Below are positions 1 through 10,021 of a stretch of 46,507 bases of DNA, piece after piece. Each line of letters starts with the position of its first letter. The first letter of the stretch is position 1. The notes below the pieces were generated by a model. The model saw only the letters and a program-made list of their open reading frames with translations, was not told the origin of the DNA and did no database searches. Origin of the DNA: an uncultured Nitrospinota bacterium (GTDB lineage: Bacteria; Nitrospinota_A; UBA7883; JAJRTC01); the NCBI GenBank assembly GCA_964395915.1, contig CAYNDB010000002.1:10817-57323 (forward strand). Reading direction: 5' to 3'. The position numbers were made by a program, and so were the translations under genes.

Positions 1-230
1 GGCAGGTACGAAACGCGTATATCCGGCCATTCACCTTCAAAATAGCGTTCTATCCGTATCCATGACATGGTGCGCTTTTGGAAGGCCAGCTCCTCACCTA
101 CAACCGCAACGTTATTTTCCGCCTGACACGCTATTGTGCACGCGCCACATCCATTGCAACGGTCAAGGTCTATCACCATGACCCATTTGTAGTTGTTATC
201 GTGACTATAATTGAAAGACTTCACCTTCAT
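1..230 (-). CDS. 4Fe-4S ferredoxin-type iron-sulfur subunit of the adjacent molybdopterin-family complex (ActB2/QrcC/PsrB-like); the 3' part lies outside the window
   Basis: Not in the ORF track because it runs off the left edge. My translation of the minus strand from the ATG at 230..228 gives MKVKSFNYSHDNNYKWVMVIDLDRCNGCGACTIACQAENNVAVVGEE..., which contains a CxxCxxCxxxC ferredoxin motif. The start overlaps the end of the upstream subunit gene, whose stop is at 205..207. Confidence 0.7.
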   Translation of the reverse strand, partial: MKVKSFNYSHDNNYKWVMVIDLDRCNGCGACTIACQAENNVAVVGEELAFQKRTMSWIRIERYFEGEWPDIRVSYL

Positions 231-2460
231 ACTCTCCTTTGGGATGACCTTCGCGTACCATTTTTACTTTTCTATCGGTTTTTGTTATTTTCACTTTTAC
301 ACCGCGCCACGCCAGAGCCCCTGACGCGCCAAGAACAGGAAATGAGCCAAGCAAATCCATAGCGTTAGAACCTCGTCCAGTTGCGTCTTTCCCAAATGAC
401 TTATGCCCGTATCCGAACGGAACCGCCAATGTGTCCGGGCTGATACCGGGATATAAATGCGCCGGAGCCTCTATTGAGCCATAGGGTGATGAGATTTTTA
501 GAATATCACCCTGATGAATGCCCAGTGTCTCAGCTTTATGTGAATTTATCTCCACCCACATTCCCCAGCTTAAAGTTGTTATCGGTTCTGGCATCTCAAG
601 AAGCCACGTCAAGTTTGCCACGCGTCCATCACCAATGTTCACAGTTTCGTATGGAAGAAGATGAAAGTTATGCTCTGAACCTCCAGAGAAAACAGGATTG
701 CTCACCTTAAGCTGGCTCGACACATTCCATAATTGGTCGGTAGAAGGAGGCGGCTCAAGCTCGTCTGCGCGGTTTTCAGGCCACCACCCGCCTTTTTGCA
801 AAAGAAACTCCCATACTTCGTTATTTTCATAAGCGGGAGGAACTTCCGGCCATTCCGCCCGGAAATCGGTAATCATTTTTTTTATCATTGATTCCTGACT
901 ATCGAAGCCTATATCTATTCCAGCCATTTTAGCGGCTTTTAATATTACGTCGCCAGCCTGCATAGTGTCATAAAGCGGGCGTACCACAGGCTGTTGAGTG
1001 TTCACCATTGGCGATCCGTGCGGATAATCGGGAATCTGGATCGACCAGGCTTCAAGGAAGTGATGATCTGGAAGAACCAGGTCGGCGTACATGGTAGTGT
1101 CATTTAAAAATGTGTCAAACGACACAAGAAAATCAACCTTGGAAAGCGCGTTCCCAGCGTCAAGATATCCTGGCAGGGCATGCGCCGGATTTGAGTTGAT
1201 GATCATGCCAAAAGCCATTTTACCCTGCGAAGATTTTTTTAATATATCTTTTGTCGCCTGAAATTCTTTAACGGCGATCGGCGCGCCGATAACGTTTCTC
1301 ATCCTTTTATAAAGATCGGAATCAGCATATGGCAGGTCAGGGATTTTCAGTTCCCCTTTATGTCTTGCAATCTCACGCAGTAACATATTTAAAAATGATA
1401 CAGCTTTCATAGCTTCCATGCCGTTGCTCTGGTTTGCGACATCATCGCCAGGAACCACAACCGCCGGCTGATGAGTTATAAATTGCCTTGCAAGCTCTTT
1501 AATATTCCACTCCGATACACCCGTCCGAATAGCTGTTGTGGTAAGTGAATATTCTTTAAGAGCCGCGGACCATTTAGCCAGAGTCGGCCTTGGAACGAAA
1601 GTGAGCATTCTCTCTTTATCCGCCATGCGCAAAACTTCGCTGGCCAGAGCAAGGGCGAGAATACCAAGCGTCCCATGTTTTGAAGCTATATATTTATCAG
1701 CGGTAGCCGCTGTCATAGACACTCGGGGACCGGCGTACATAAGAACACCACGACGAGTGGGATCGCCCCGCCGCATCTTTCCATATGCCCAGCTGTAATG
1801 AACTGGCGAGATAGAATTTTCAAACAGATCAGCCCCGAGAAGAAGAACAAACGAGGCATGTGTCAAATCGTAATATGGCAAGGAAAATTCATCGCTGAAC
1901 ATCGATGAGGAGACAAGGCTTGTTTCAATTCCCTGAATATCAGGTGTCACAAAATCTTTCGACCCAAGCTTGTTGAGAATCTTGTTCGCAATAGCGGCGG
2001 TTATATCTGACGGGTCTGATGTCATTACAAATGAATTTTCCCCAACTGCGTTTTTCATCTTTTCAGACAGTATGGAAAAAGCTTCATCCCATGTAATCTT
2101 GACAAAATTATTGGAGCCTTTAGGGCCTTCAACCCTTTTCAGCGGATGTTTGATTCTTTCAGGATGATACAATTGCTGCACTGCGGCCTGCCCGCGAGCG
2201 CACACTCCGCCCCTGTTGATAGGGTGGTTCGGGTTTCCCTCCACCTTTTTTGCCCGACCTTCGACTGTGCGCACCATTATCCCGCATCCGGAGCCGCACA
2301 TTTTGCAAGTAGTGGCAAAAAACCATCCTTCTACAGGATTTATGCCGTCATCAGGAGGCGTCACATATGGAATTATCTTTTGCGCCGCTTGCCCGCAAGC
2401 TCCGGTAAGGCCAGCCGTCGCAACAGCCCCGCCTATTTTAAGAAACGAACGTCTATCCAC
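205..2460 (-). CDS. Tat-exported molybdopterin-oxidoreductase-family large subunit (ActB1/QrcB/PsrA-like)
   Basis: 751 aa. Twin-arginine signal MDRRSFLKIGGAVATAGLTGACG. N-terminal Cx2Cx3C...C Fe-S motif (CKMCGSGCGIMV...GGVCARG). Flanked by a pentahaem cytochrome gene upstream and an FeS subunit gene downstream. Confidence 0.85.
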   Translation of the reverse strand: MDRRSFLKIGGAVATAGLTGACGQAAQKIIPYVTPPDDGINPVEGWFFATTCKMCGSGCGIMVRTVEGRAKKVEGNPNHPINRGGVCARGQAAVQQLYHPERIKHPLKRVEGPKGSNNFVKITWDEAFSILSEKMKNAVGENSFVMTSDPSDITAAIANKILNKLGSKDFVTPDIQGIETSLVSSSMFSDEFSLPYYDLTHASFVLLLGADLFENSISPVHYSWAYGKMRRGDPTRRGVLMYAGPRVSMTAATADKYIASKHGTLGILALALASEVLRMADKERMLTFVPRPTLAKWSAALKEYSLTTTAIRTGVSEWNIKELARQFITHQPAVVVPGDDVANQSNGMEAMKAVSFLNMLLREIARHKGELKIPDLPYADSDLYKRMRNVIGAPIAVKEFQATKDILKKSSQGKMAFGMIINSNPAHALPGYLDAGNALSKVDFLVSFDTFLNDTTMYADLVLPDHHFLEAWSIQIPDYPHGSPMVNTQQPVVRPLYDTMQAGDVILKAAKMAGIDIGFDSQESMIKKMITDFRAEWPEVPPAYENNEVWEFLLQKGGWWPENRADELEPPPSTDQLWNVSSQLKVSNPVFSGGSEHNFHLLPYETVNIGDGRVANLTWLLEMPEPITTLSWGMWVEINSHKAETLGIHQGDILKISSPYGSIEAPAHLYPGISPDTLAVPFGYGHKSFGKDATGRGSNAMDLLGSFPVLGASGALAWRGVKVKITKTDRKVKMVREGHPKGEYEGEVFQL

Positions 2461-2470
2461 ACTATCTCTC

Positions 2471-3031
2471 CTATTGATGACATGTCAAGCAGTCGGTCGG
2501 CGCGTTATTTGCCTGGTGGCAATTGAGACAAAACCCCATATGATGGGTTATGAGCCGCGCGTTAACTTCAAGCGTCTCGACAGGCCCATGGCACTTCTGA
2601 CACGAAACATCTTTTGCCAAATGTCTTTTGTGACTGAACCATACATGGTCCGGCAGGTCATATATTCTGACCCATTCTATGGGCGTACGATCTTCGAAAT
2701 GTTTTCTAAGTATTTTTATAGGTTCGGTTTCGACCGATAAATTGTCGTGACAGTTCATGCATTTTGCGAGTGATGGAATTCCCGCCATTTCCGAACGTCT
2801 TGCGTAGGAGTGACAATACTGGCAGTTGATCTCGAGGTCCCCTGCATGGAGCTTGTGAGAATATGGTATTGGTTGTTCCGGCTCCCATACGGTCAGAGAC
2901 TCGACAGGGGCCACATAAAAGAAAATTACGAACCCGACAAAGCCAAAGGCGCCAAGGATTAAAACTATCGAGATGGATTTGGCGATATTGGATCTTACGC
3001 CCAGGGATTGATAGCCTCGCATTCTTCCCAC
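2471..3031 (-). CDS. Membrane-anchored pentahaem cytochrome c (ActA/QrcA-like, cytochrome c3/c7 family)
   Basis: 186 aa with an N-terminal TM helix (ISIVLILGAFGFVGFVIFFYV). Five CxxCH motifs: CQYCH, CMNCH, CQKCH, CLNCH, CLTCH. It is the first gene of the cyt c / MopB / FeS string. Confidence 0.8.
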   Translation of the reverse strand: MGRMRGYQSLGVRSNIAKSISIVLILGAFGFVGFVIFFYVAPVESLTVWEPEQPIPYSHKLHAGDLEINCQYCHSYARRSEMAGIPSLAKCMNCHDNLSVETEPIKILRKHFEDRTPIEWVRIYDLPDHVWFSHKRHLAKDVSCQKCHGPVETLEVNARLITHHMGFCLNCHQANNAPTDCLTCHQ

Positions 3032-3337
3032 AGTAAACTAAGCCTCTAATACCGGAGATTCAAATACATAACGAATAATATAGATTTTGCTCATGGTAAC
3101 ATTATTTTTATTAGCCGTCAGTTAAATATATAGAGATTAAATATGTGGGCCCCTCGAAATAACCATAAAGTTGTACATTCAGTAAATGTGCAATCTGCGT
3201 GTTAGATGTCCGTTCGCCAGAAAGGTTTCAGGAGTTTTTAAAAACATCTGATAAAACGCAAAAAGAAAAATATATCTGAATGGCTCTTTCGACCTTAGTG
3301 GCTGTATATTGTAAAAATAATAGAAGGAGGGAAAGAT

Positions 3338-3667
3338 ATGTTTAAAAAAATAATTTTTTCTTTTATGACACTTTTATTTTCATCAGCTTCCGTGATGGCC
3401 GGAGATATGCCCGCCGCATATAATACATGCAAGAAATGTCATGGTCTTCCCGGCCAGGATAGCAAGAAAAGAAAAAAGTTTCCCGATCTGGCAAAAAGCA
3501 AAATGACGTTTGAGCAATTCAGTATGCAGGTCAAAAAAGGCTCGAAATGGGAGGGCCGCCCCCCCAAAATGAAAGGTTATGAAAAAGGGAGAATGCCTGC
3601 GTTGAAAAAGAAAACCGATAAACAGATCAAAGAGATATTTGAATATATTTCCAAGGCCAAAAAGTAA
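3338..3667 (+). CDS. Small secreted monohaem class-I cytochrome c
   Basis: 109 aa with a signal peptide (MFKKIIFSFMTLLFSSASVMA) and a single CKKCH motif. A candidate distal Met sits in GRMPA. Strong RBS (aggaggg) upstream of the ATG. Confidence 0.75.
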   Translation: MFKKIIFSFMTLLFSSASVMAGDMPAAYNTCKKCHGLPGQDSKKRKKFPDLAKSKMTFEQFSMQVKKGSKWEGRPPKMKGYEKGRMPALKKKTDKQIKEIFEYISKAKK

Positions 3668-3703
3668 AGCCCATATATCAGGATATTAATTCATGGCCAA
3701 GTG

Positions 3704-4915
3704 TTACCGGTCGTGTTTAAAGTTACCGGCCCGGCCATAGATCCATTTGATTATAAATGGCGGGCCCAATGTTGTCAGCGCGATCACTAGAACCATACAG
3801 GCGTAGATATCGTTGCTGAAAATTCCGCTTGAGCGTCCCAATTCGGCAAAAACAAGACCAACCTCTCCGCGAGGAATCATCGCGATTCCGATAATCCATC
3901 GCACGGGCCAGGGTTCTTTTATCATAAAGGCGCCAATAAGCTTTCCAACGACCGCTACCGCAAAAATTGAAAATGAAAATATCCAGATGAAACTGGAACC
4001 CCAGTTAACCTCGTGTAAATTTAACGAGAGGCCAACCATAACAAAGAAAATAGGTGTGAACAGGTGTATCACGGGCTTCATCTGTCCTTCGATGCGATTG
4101 GTGAATCCTGGATCTGTATGCAAGGCAATACCGAATGGCAGGAAAAAACGCCTTGAAAGAGCAAGACCTGCGGCAAAGCCTCCCAAAAGCTCAGGCGCCC
4201 CGACAATATGGGCGAACCACGCGAAAAAAAGGACTAGCGAGACAATGGTGGTTGGAATTAAACCAGGGATTTCAGTGATATTATCAAAGTGTCTTATGAC
4301 CATTGAGATCAGTTTGGCGGCCAGTGGGGCAAGCGCAAAAAACGCCACCATAAATATCAGCACTTTGCCAGCGTTCCCCAGGTTGATTCCGCCACCGATT
4401 GAAAACTCATATAGCAACGCAAGCAACACAACTCCCATGACATCATCCATCACAGCGGCTCCCAGAACAACTTCCCCTTCTGTCGAGCGATGCAGTTTCA
4501 AATCTGTGAGGACACGGACGGTAATACCTATGCTGGTAGCTGTCAATGTTCCGCCAATGAACATCGCCATCAGCAACGGCAGATCGAACACCCAATAACT
4601 AAGAGAGAACCCCAGAGTAAATGGCAGGAAAAATCCCACGATAGCCACAACGAATGACTTCTTTCCGGCCCGAACCAAATGTCTTGCGTCGGTTTCCAGC
4701 CCTACCTCAAAAAGCAGCAATATTATTCCGATCTCGGCAAGCAGTTTGATGGCTTCTACAGGCTCAATCCAACCCAACAGGCTCGGCCCCAGAACCACGC
4801 CAGCAAGCAACTCGCCTATCACCGTTGGCGCTTGCAGGCGCACCGCAAGTTCCGCGAATACCCGCGCTGTCAACAGGATGACCATCAAGTATAGAAAAAA
4901 TGTATGGACTTCCAT
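3704..4915 (-). CDS. Cation:proton antiporter (CPA2 / Na+/H+ exchanger family)
   Basis: 403 aa and polytopic throughout, about 11-12 predicted TM segments. The N-terminus has the typical Kef/NapA-like pattern (ARVFAELAVRLQAPTVIGELLAGVVLGPSLLG). Confidence 0.8.
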   Translation of the reverse strand: MEVHTFFLYLMVILLTARVFAELAVRLQAPTVIGELLAGVVLGPSLLGWIEPVEAIKLLAEIGIILLLFEVGLETDARHLVRAGKKSFVVAIVGFFLPFTLGFSLSYWVFDLPLLMAMFIGGTLTATSIGITVRVLTDLKLHRSTEGEVVLGAAVMDDVMGVVLLALLYEFSIGGGINLGNAGKVLIFMVAFFALAPLAAKLISMVIRHFDNITEIPGLIPTTIVSLVLFFAWFAHIVGAPELLGGFAAGLALSRRFFLPFGIALHTDPGFTNRIEGQMKPVIHLFTPIFFVMVGLSLNLHEVNWGSSFIWIFSFSIFAVAVVGKLIGAFMIKEPWPVRWIIGIAMIPRGEVGLVFAELGRSSGIFSNDIYACMVLVIALTTLGPPFIIKWIYGRAGNFKHDR

Positions 4916-4918
4916 CGC

Positions 4919-7660
4919 TTAACGTTGTTCCCTCCAGAGATACCATTTATAAGTTTCAACGATCAGAAAAACTGGCATCGCCACGACGAATATCAACGCC
5001 CAGTCATCCAGGGGTAACGGCATCGTATGAAATGCTTCCTGAAAGAATGGTATATAAACAACACCCACTTGAAACCCAACAGTTACCGTCCATGCCAGCA
5101 GAACCCATGGGTTGGTGAAAAAACCTATTTCGCGTAACGGACTTTTCAAAGACCGGAAGTTAAATACATTAATTTTTTCCAGAATGATGATTCCAGTAAA
5201 CGCAACCGTTTGAGCATGAAGGGTAGCGTTGTCTCCTCCTTGCGATAGCGTATGCTGAAACAGCCACAGTGTCGCCATGCCTATATATGTTCCTATAGCC
5301 AAAACGGTAAGGATTCCCGCTTTATTGATAATCGGCTCGGCAGGAGAGTGTGGCGGTCGTTTCATAACGTCTTTTTCCTTAGGCTCCAGTCCAAGAGCCA
5401 CCGCTGTCATCCCGTCAGTTACGAGGTTCATCCATAATATCTGGACAGGCAACAATATTAGCGGCCCGCCCAACATAATATTCGTTAAAATCGCAACCAC
5501 TTCCCCTACATTGGATGAGAGCAGGTACCGCACAAATTTCTGGATATTGTCATATTGCCTGCGTCCTTCCTCTATTGCTCCGATAATAGATGCGAAGTTA
5601 TCATCGGTCAGCACCATGTCGGACGCGCCTTTCGCCACGTCGGTTCCGCGAATGCCCATGGCGATGCCAACGTCCGCCTTTTTTAAAGCCGGAGCGTCGT
5701 TGACTCCGTCGCCGGTCATGCCGACCACGTGGCCCGCCAGTTTCAACCTTGTGACTATGCGAAGCTTATGTTCCGGAGTAGTGCGGGCGAATATAGGATC
5801 TTCGTCAAGGGCTGAATCCAGCGTCTGGTCATCCATGGAAGAAACATCGCTTCCGGTAATTACTCTTCCGATTTTAAGCCCAATCCGTTTTGCGATGGCC
5901 ATTGCGGTGCCTGCCGCGTCACCTGTAATCATGATGATACGGATACCAGCCAGGTTCCCAAGCTTGATTGCGTTCTTAGCTTCCGGCCGGGGCGGGTCGA
6001 TAATCCCCACCACTCCAAGCAATGTAAGATTTGTTTCAACAATATCCTCTCGTAAAGCGCAATCATCAGGGAGAGTTCGTCGGGCCAAAGCAAGCGTTCG
6101 CAAACCGCTGTCAGCCATATCGTTATATGTTGAAGTAAAAGTTTCTCTTTCTATGCTGGTTAAGGCGCGTTCTGTTCCATTCTCTAACACTCGTGAACAT
6201 CGTTCGATGATAACCTCCGGCGCTCCTTTGACATGCGCCATCATCCCATTCGGACTTCTTTCTATAACCGTCATTCGTTTACGAGAGGAATTAAAAGAAA
6301 ACTCGGAGACAGCGCGTACCTTCTCCTCATGTTTGATATGCGCTTTATACGCCACCACCACCAAAGCCGCTTCTGTCGGTTCGCCAATTTCGCGCCAGCC
6401 CTGTTCGTCTTTCGTCAGCTTTGCGTTGTTGCACTTCAGCCCGGTTTCCAGCAAAGCGGACAAATCTTTATTATTTTCGATGCTTATCTTTTCACCGTAT
6501 CGCTCAAAGTGTCCGGTGGGGTCGTATCCCACTCCTGTAACGTTATATTCCCCAGAGAGCAGGCTTATGCGTTGAACCGTCATTTCATTTCTTGTCAGCG
6601 TGCCGGTTTTATCTGTGCATATTACTGTGGCCGCGCCCAGGCTTTCCGCCGCTTGCAAGCGACGTAACAAAGCCCGTCGTTTGACCATTGCCCTAATTCC
6701 AATGGCAAGCGTTATTGTCACAACGGCGGGCAGACCTTCCGGGACAACCGCCACTGCCAACGAAACACCGATTAAGAACATTTCCGTCGGAGGCTTCTCC
6801 ATAAAAACGCCAATGATTGTAACCAGCGAGGCGATTACGAGCGATGCGATCCCAAGCTGTTTAGCTAATCCGGCCAGCTTTTTTTGCAGCGGGGTTGTTT
6901 CATCGGCCACACTCTGGGTAAGGTGAGCGATCCTGCCGAATTCCGTGTTCATACCTGTGGCCGTAACCACTCCGCGAGACCTTCCATTTGTAACAGCGGT
7001 TCCCATCCAGGCCATGGAACGTCTTTCCGCAAGGGGAGTGTTTTTATCAAGGGCTTTTGTGTCTTTATACGAGGAGACGGACTCTCCTGTCAGAACAGAT
7101 TCATCCACCTTGAGGTTGATCGCTTCGACAAGGCGCACATCAGCCGGTATTCTATCTCCTGTCGACAGCAATACCATGTCGCCGGGAACCAATGTCACAG
7201 CGTCTATTTCCTTTTCCCGTCCACCTCGCACGACATGGCAACGGAGTGACAACATCCGCTGCAGCGCTTCCATGGCTCTCTCCGCCTTCCACTCCTGGAT
7301 AAAACCGAGGATGCCGTTCAGGATAATGATGGCGAGAATAGTTATAGTGTCCGCAATTTCACCCAACATGAATGAAACGGCCGCGGCGACGAACAGGATA
7401 AGAATGAGGATGCTTTTAAACTGACGGACGAATACTTCATGCCATGTGACTTTTTGCGTTTCCAGCAACTTGTTTAGGCCATATGCAGCGCTGCGCCGGC
7501 GCGCTTCTTCTTCGCTTAACCCGGCATGTATATCGGAGCCAAGCGCTTTTACCGTGGCTTCGACGGTTTCAGCGTGCCAAATTTTTCGATTACTGTTTTG
7601 TTGGGCCATAATCGAGCCGTCCACATGACAAACATTACCACTATTGTTAATATCAGACAT
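4919..7660 (-). CDS. P2-type cation-transporting P-type ATPase (Ca2+-ATPase-like)
   Basis: 913 aa. Phosphorylation motif CTDKTGTLT, hinge TGDGVNDAPALKKADVGIAMG, TGES actuator motif, TM4 PEGLP and TM6 NLVTDG (type II signature). No CPC motif or HMA domain, so not a P1B heavy-metal pump. Confidence 0.9.
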   Translation of the reverse strand: MSDINNSGNVCHVDGSIMAQQNSNRKIWHAETVEATVKALGSDIHAGLSEEEARRRSAAYGLNKLLETQKVTWHEVFVRQFKSILILILFVAAAVSFMLGEIADTITILAIIILNGILGFIQEWKAERAMEALQRMLSLRCHVVRGGREKEIDAVTLVPGDMVLLSTGDRIPADVRLVEAINLKVDESVLTGESVSSYKDTKALDKNTPLAERRSMAWMGTAVTNGRSRGVVTATGMNTEFGRIAHLTQSVADETTPLQKKLAGLAKQLGIASLVIASLVTIIGVFMEKPPTEMFLIGVSLAVAVVPEGLPAVVTITLAIGIRAMVKRRALLRRLQAAESLGAATVICTDKTGTLTRNEMTVQRISLLSGEYNVTGVGYDPTGHFERYGEKISIENNKDLSALLETGLKCNNAKLTKDEQGWREIGEPTEAALVVVAYKAHIKHEEKVRAVSEFSFNSSRKRMTVIERSPNGMMAHVKGAPEVIIERCSRVLENGTERALTSIERETFTSTYNDMADSGLRTLALARRTLPDDCALREDIVETNLTLLGVVGIIDPPRPEAKNAIKLGNLAGIRIIMITGDAAGTAMAIAKRIGLKIGRVITGSDVSSMDDQTLDSALDEDPIFARTTPEHKLRIVTRLKLAGHVVGMTGDGVNDAPALKKADVGIAMGIRGTDVAKGASDMVLTDDNFASIIGAIEEGRRQYDNIQKFVRYLLSSNVGEVVAILTNIMLGGPLILLPVQILWMNLVTDGMTAVALGLEPKEKDVMKRPPHSPAEPIINKAGILTVLAIGTYIGMATLWLFQHTLSQGGDNATLHAQTVAFTGIIILEKINVFNFRSLKSPLREIGFFTNPWVLLAWTVTVGFQVGVVYIPFFQEAFHTMPLPLDDWALIFVVAMPVFLIVETYKWYLWREQR

Positions 7661-7686
7661 TCCGCAATGTAAGCGCTGATTTTTCG

Positions 7687-8700
7687 CTAGCAGATTCTGG
7701 GTAGAAGCTCCCCGTCCAGCCGTGTGACAAGCCTGGACCCGCCTATAACGGAAGCAAGGGATACCCTGCCGGGAGGCCCGTTTTCTATAACTCCAACTAG
7801 AGCGGCGTTTTCACCTTCCGGGTGAGAGCGCATTATTGATAAAGCTTTGCTGGCTTCATCAGCGGGGACAATGGCGATCATTTTACCTTCGTTTGCGATC
7901 ATAAGAGGGTCGAGCCCGAGTATTTCACAAGCCGCCAGAGTTGCAGGAGCCACTGGTAAATCGCTTTCGTTTAGACGTATGGAAACGTTTGAAGCTTCCG
8001 CTATTTCAACCAGGGTTGTGGCAAGTCCGCCTCGGGTGGGGTCGCGCAACACTTTTGGAGTCACGCCTCCATCAAGCAGCTCTTTGACAAGACCGTTCAG
8101 CGCAGCGGTGTCGCTTACCACTGGAGATTCGAAATTCAACCCTTCACGCGCCAGCATTATCGCGACGCCATGATCGCCAATGGTTCCGTTTACAAGAACG
8201 GCGTCTCCCGGCCTTGCCGCTCCGCAATTTATATCAAAGCCGTTTTGCGCAACACCGATGCCGGAGGTGTTTATAAATATCTTGTCACCCCGACCACGGG
8301 GAACAACCTTGGTGTCACCACACGCGAGCTTGACACCGGCGGCCCGCGCCGCGTCTCCCATCGATCGTAGTATCAAGCCAAGATCGTTTACTTCAAGGCC
8401 TTCCTCAAGTATCAGCCCCACGCTTATAGCCACAGGCATGGCGCCTCGCATGGCAAGATCGTTTACGGTTCCGTTTACGGCAAGCTCGCCTATGTTCCCC
8501 CCAGGAAAAATAAACGGGTCGACAACATAACTGTCGGTGGTGAAAAACGTTCTGCCCGCAGGAAGGTCGATCAACGCCGCGTCGTCCATTTCCTGCGCAG
8601 AATTTCCATTATGAATGTTAGGGATAATGATCTTTTCAATCAAGCGTTCGGTCATCAAGCCTCCGGAGCCGTGCCCCAGCAATATTATATCGTCACGCAT
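7687..8700 (-). CDS. hypE: Hydrogenase maturation protein HypE (carbamoyl dehydratase)
   Basis: The C-terminus ends in the HypE signature PRIC. N-terminal LGHGSGG and AIR-synthase-like fold motifs are present. The ORF track starts it at 8721. I prefer the ATG at 8700 because GGAGAGGAAAG lies upstream and it forms an ATGnnTGA overlap with the hypD stop. Either start is possible. Confidence 0.9.
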   Translation of the reverse strand: MRDDIILLGHGSGGLMTERLIEKIIIPNIHNGNSAQEMDDAALIDLPAGRTFFTTDSYVVDPFIFPGGNIGELAVNGTVNDLAMRGAMPVAISVGLILEEGLEVNDLGLILRSMGDAARAAGVKLACGDTKVVPRGRGDKIFINTSGIGVAQNGFDINCGAARPGDAVLVNGTIGDHGVAIMLAREGLNFESPVVSDTAALNGLVKELLDGGVTPKVLRDPTRGGLATTLVEIAEASNVSIRLNESDLPVAPATLAACEILGLDPLMIANEGKMIAIVPADEASKALSIMRSHPEGENAALVGVIENGPPGRVSLASVIGGSRLVTRLDGELLPRIC

Positions 8701-9799
8701 ACGCTTTCCTCTCCGCGCCATACTTCCATTCCGCCGCGCATGTCCCTTCCGATGAAACCATGCACGCTCCTATAGGATTGTCAGGCGTGCAGGCGCTTCC
8801 GAAAATTTTACAGTCGACCGGTTGTTTAAGCCCTTTTAATATCAGCCCGCAGATACATGCGGGATTTTCTTTTGTATCTTTGAATTCTACATTCCATTTA
8901 TAAGCCGCGTCCCGATGAATATACTTATCCGAGATGGCAAGGCCGCTTCCCGGTATCGATCCCAGGCCGCGCCATATGGCGTCCGATTTTTTGAATACTT
9001 CCTTTAAAATGGCCTGCGCTTTCAGGTTGCCTTCAGGCTTTACCACTCGATTGTATTCGTTCTCCACTTCCGCTCTGCCTTCGGCCACCTGCGCTGTCAG
9101 CATGGAAATCCCACGAAGAATGTCCAGCGGCTCAAAACCTGTTATGACGCAAGCCACGCGACGTTTTTCGACCAAAGGTTTATATCCGCTCTCTCCAATA
9201 ATGGCCGAGACATGGGCGGGACAGATATATCCATCTATTCCCAATTCACCTTCCGTCAATGCGGCCATAGGCTCCGGCATCACCTTATGCGCGGCGAGAA
9301 CAGTGTAGTTTGGTATATTTTCACGTTCCGCTGTAAGGATGGATGCGGCGACAGCGGGAGCTGTTGTTTCGAACCCGACACCAAGAAACACGACATTGGA
9401 CTGTGGATTATTATTGGCGATATCTACCGCGTCCATAGGGGAATAGACAATACGTATGTCGGCTCCCTTTGCGCGTTCCTTTATCAATGACGAGTCGGAG
9501 CCAGGAACTCGTATCATGTCTCCGAAGGTAGTAATTATAAACCCGTTGCGCCTCGCAAGCTCTATAGCGGCGTCGACATAACCTGTTGGCGTAACGCAGA
9601 CAGGGCAACCGGGGCCGGAAACGAGCCTTATGTTTTCAGGAATCAACGTCCTTATTCCATGGCGGTATATCGACATGGTATGTGTTCCACACACTTCCAT
9701 AAACGTCGCCTGTTTATTAAGGCGGGACGCTTGGCCGTGAAGATCGTCCGCTAGCTTTTTCGCAAGCTTGCCATCACGGAAATCGCTAAGATATTTCAT
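8693..9799 (-). CDS. hypD: Hydrogenase maturation protein HypD
   Basis: 368 aa. Contains GPGCPVC and GFETT motifs and the C-terminal cysteine-rich Fe-S region (CxxxxxC...C). Sits between hypC and hypE. Confidence 0.92.
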   Translation of the reverse strand: MKYLSDFRDGKLAKKLADDLHGQASRLNKQATFMEVCGTHTMSIYRHGIRTLIPENIRLVSGPGCPVCVTPTGYVDAAIELARRNGFIITTFGDMIRVPGSDSSLIKERAKGADIRIVYSPMDAVDIANNNPQSNVVFLGVGFETTAPAVAASILTAERENIPNYTVLAAHKVMPEPMAALTEGELGIDGYICPAHVSAIIGESGYKPLVEKRRVACVITGFEPLDILRGISMLTAQVAEGRAEVENEYNRVVKPEGNLKAQAILKEVFKKSDAIWRGLGSIPGSGLAISDKYIHRDAAYKWNVEFKDTKENPACICGLILKGLKQPVDCKIFGSACTPDNPIGACMVSSEGTCAAEWKYGAERKAYA

Positions 9800-10019
9800 C
9801 GTTACATTTCTTTTCTATTTCTCGCATAAGACGTAATGTCTCTTCCGCGACAGTTGTATCGAGCTTTTCAATGGCAAGCCCTGCATGAACAAGAATGTAG
9901 TCCCCGATATTTACGTTATCAAGGGCCAGCAGGCTTGCAGATTTTTTTACGCCATCAATCTCGGCCATGCAGGAAAACTCTGATATCTCAATTACCTTCA
10001 TAGGGACAGCCACGCACAT
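9786..10019 (-). CDS. hypC: Hydrogenase maturation chaperone HypC
   Basis: 77 aa. Begins with MCVAVPMKV, carrying the conserved essential Cys2. Confidence 0.9.
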   Translation of the reverse strand: MCVAVPMKVIEISEFSCMAEIDGVKKSASLLALDNVNIGDYILVHAGLAIEKLDTTVAEETLRLMREIEKKCNDEIS

Positions 10020-10021
10020 GA

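Noticed and set aside
5277-6575. Long antisense ORFs inside well-supported genes. Examples are 432 aa at 5277..6575 (+) inside the P-type ATPase, 261 aa at 3813..4598 (+) inside the antiporter, 282 aa at 14173..15021 (-) across the cyt b / small subunit genes, 342 aa at 38753..39781 (+) inside aspS, and 167 aa at 33728..34231 (-) inside the ATP-grasp gene.
   Set aside because: Their translations are low-complexity (Ser/Arg/Pro/Ile-rich) and carry no motifs. Each lies entirely opposite a gene with unambiguous family signatures, so they are typical shadow ORFs.
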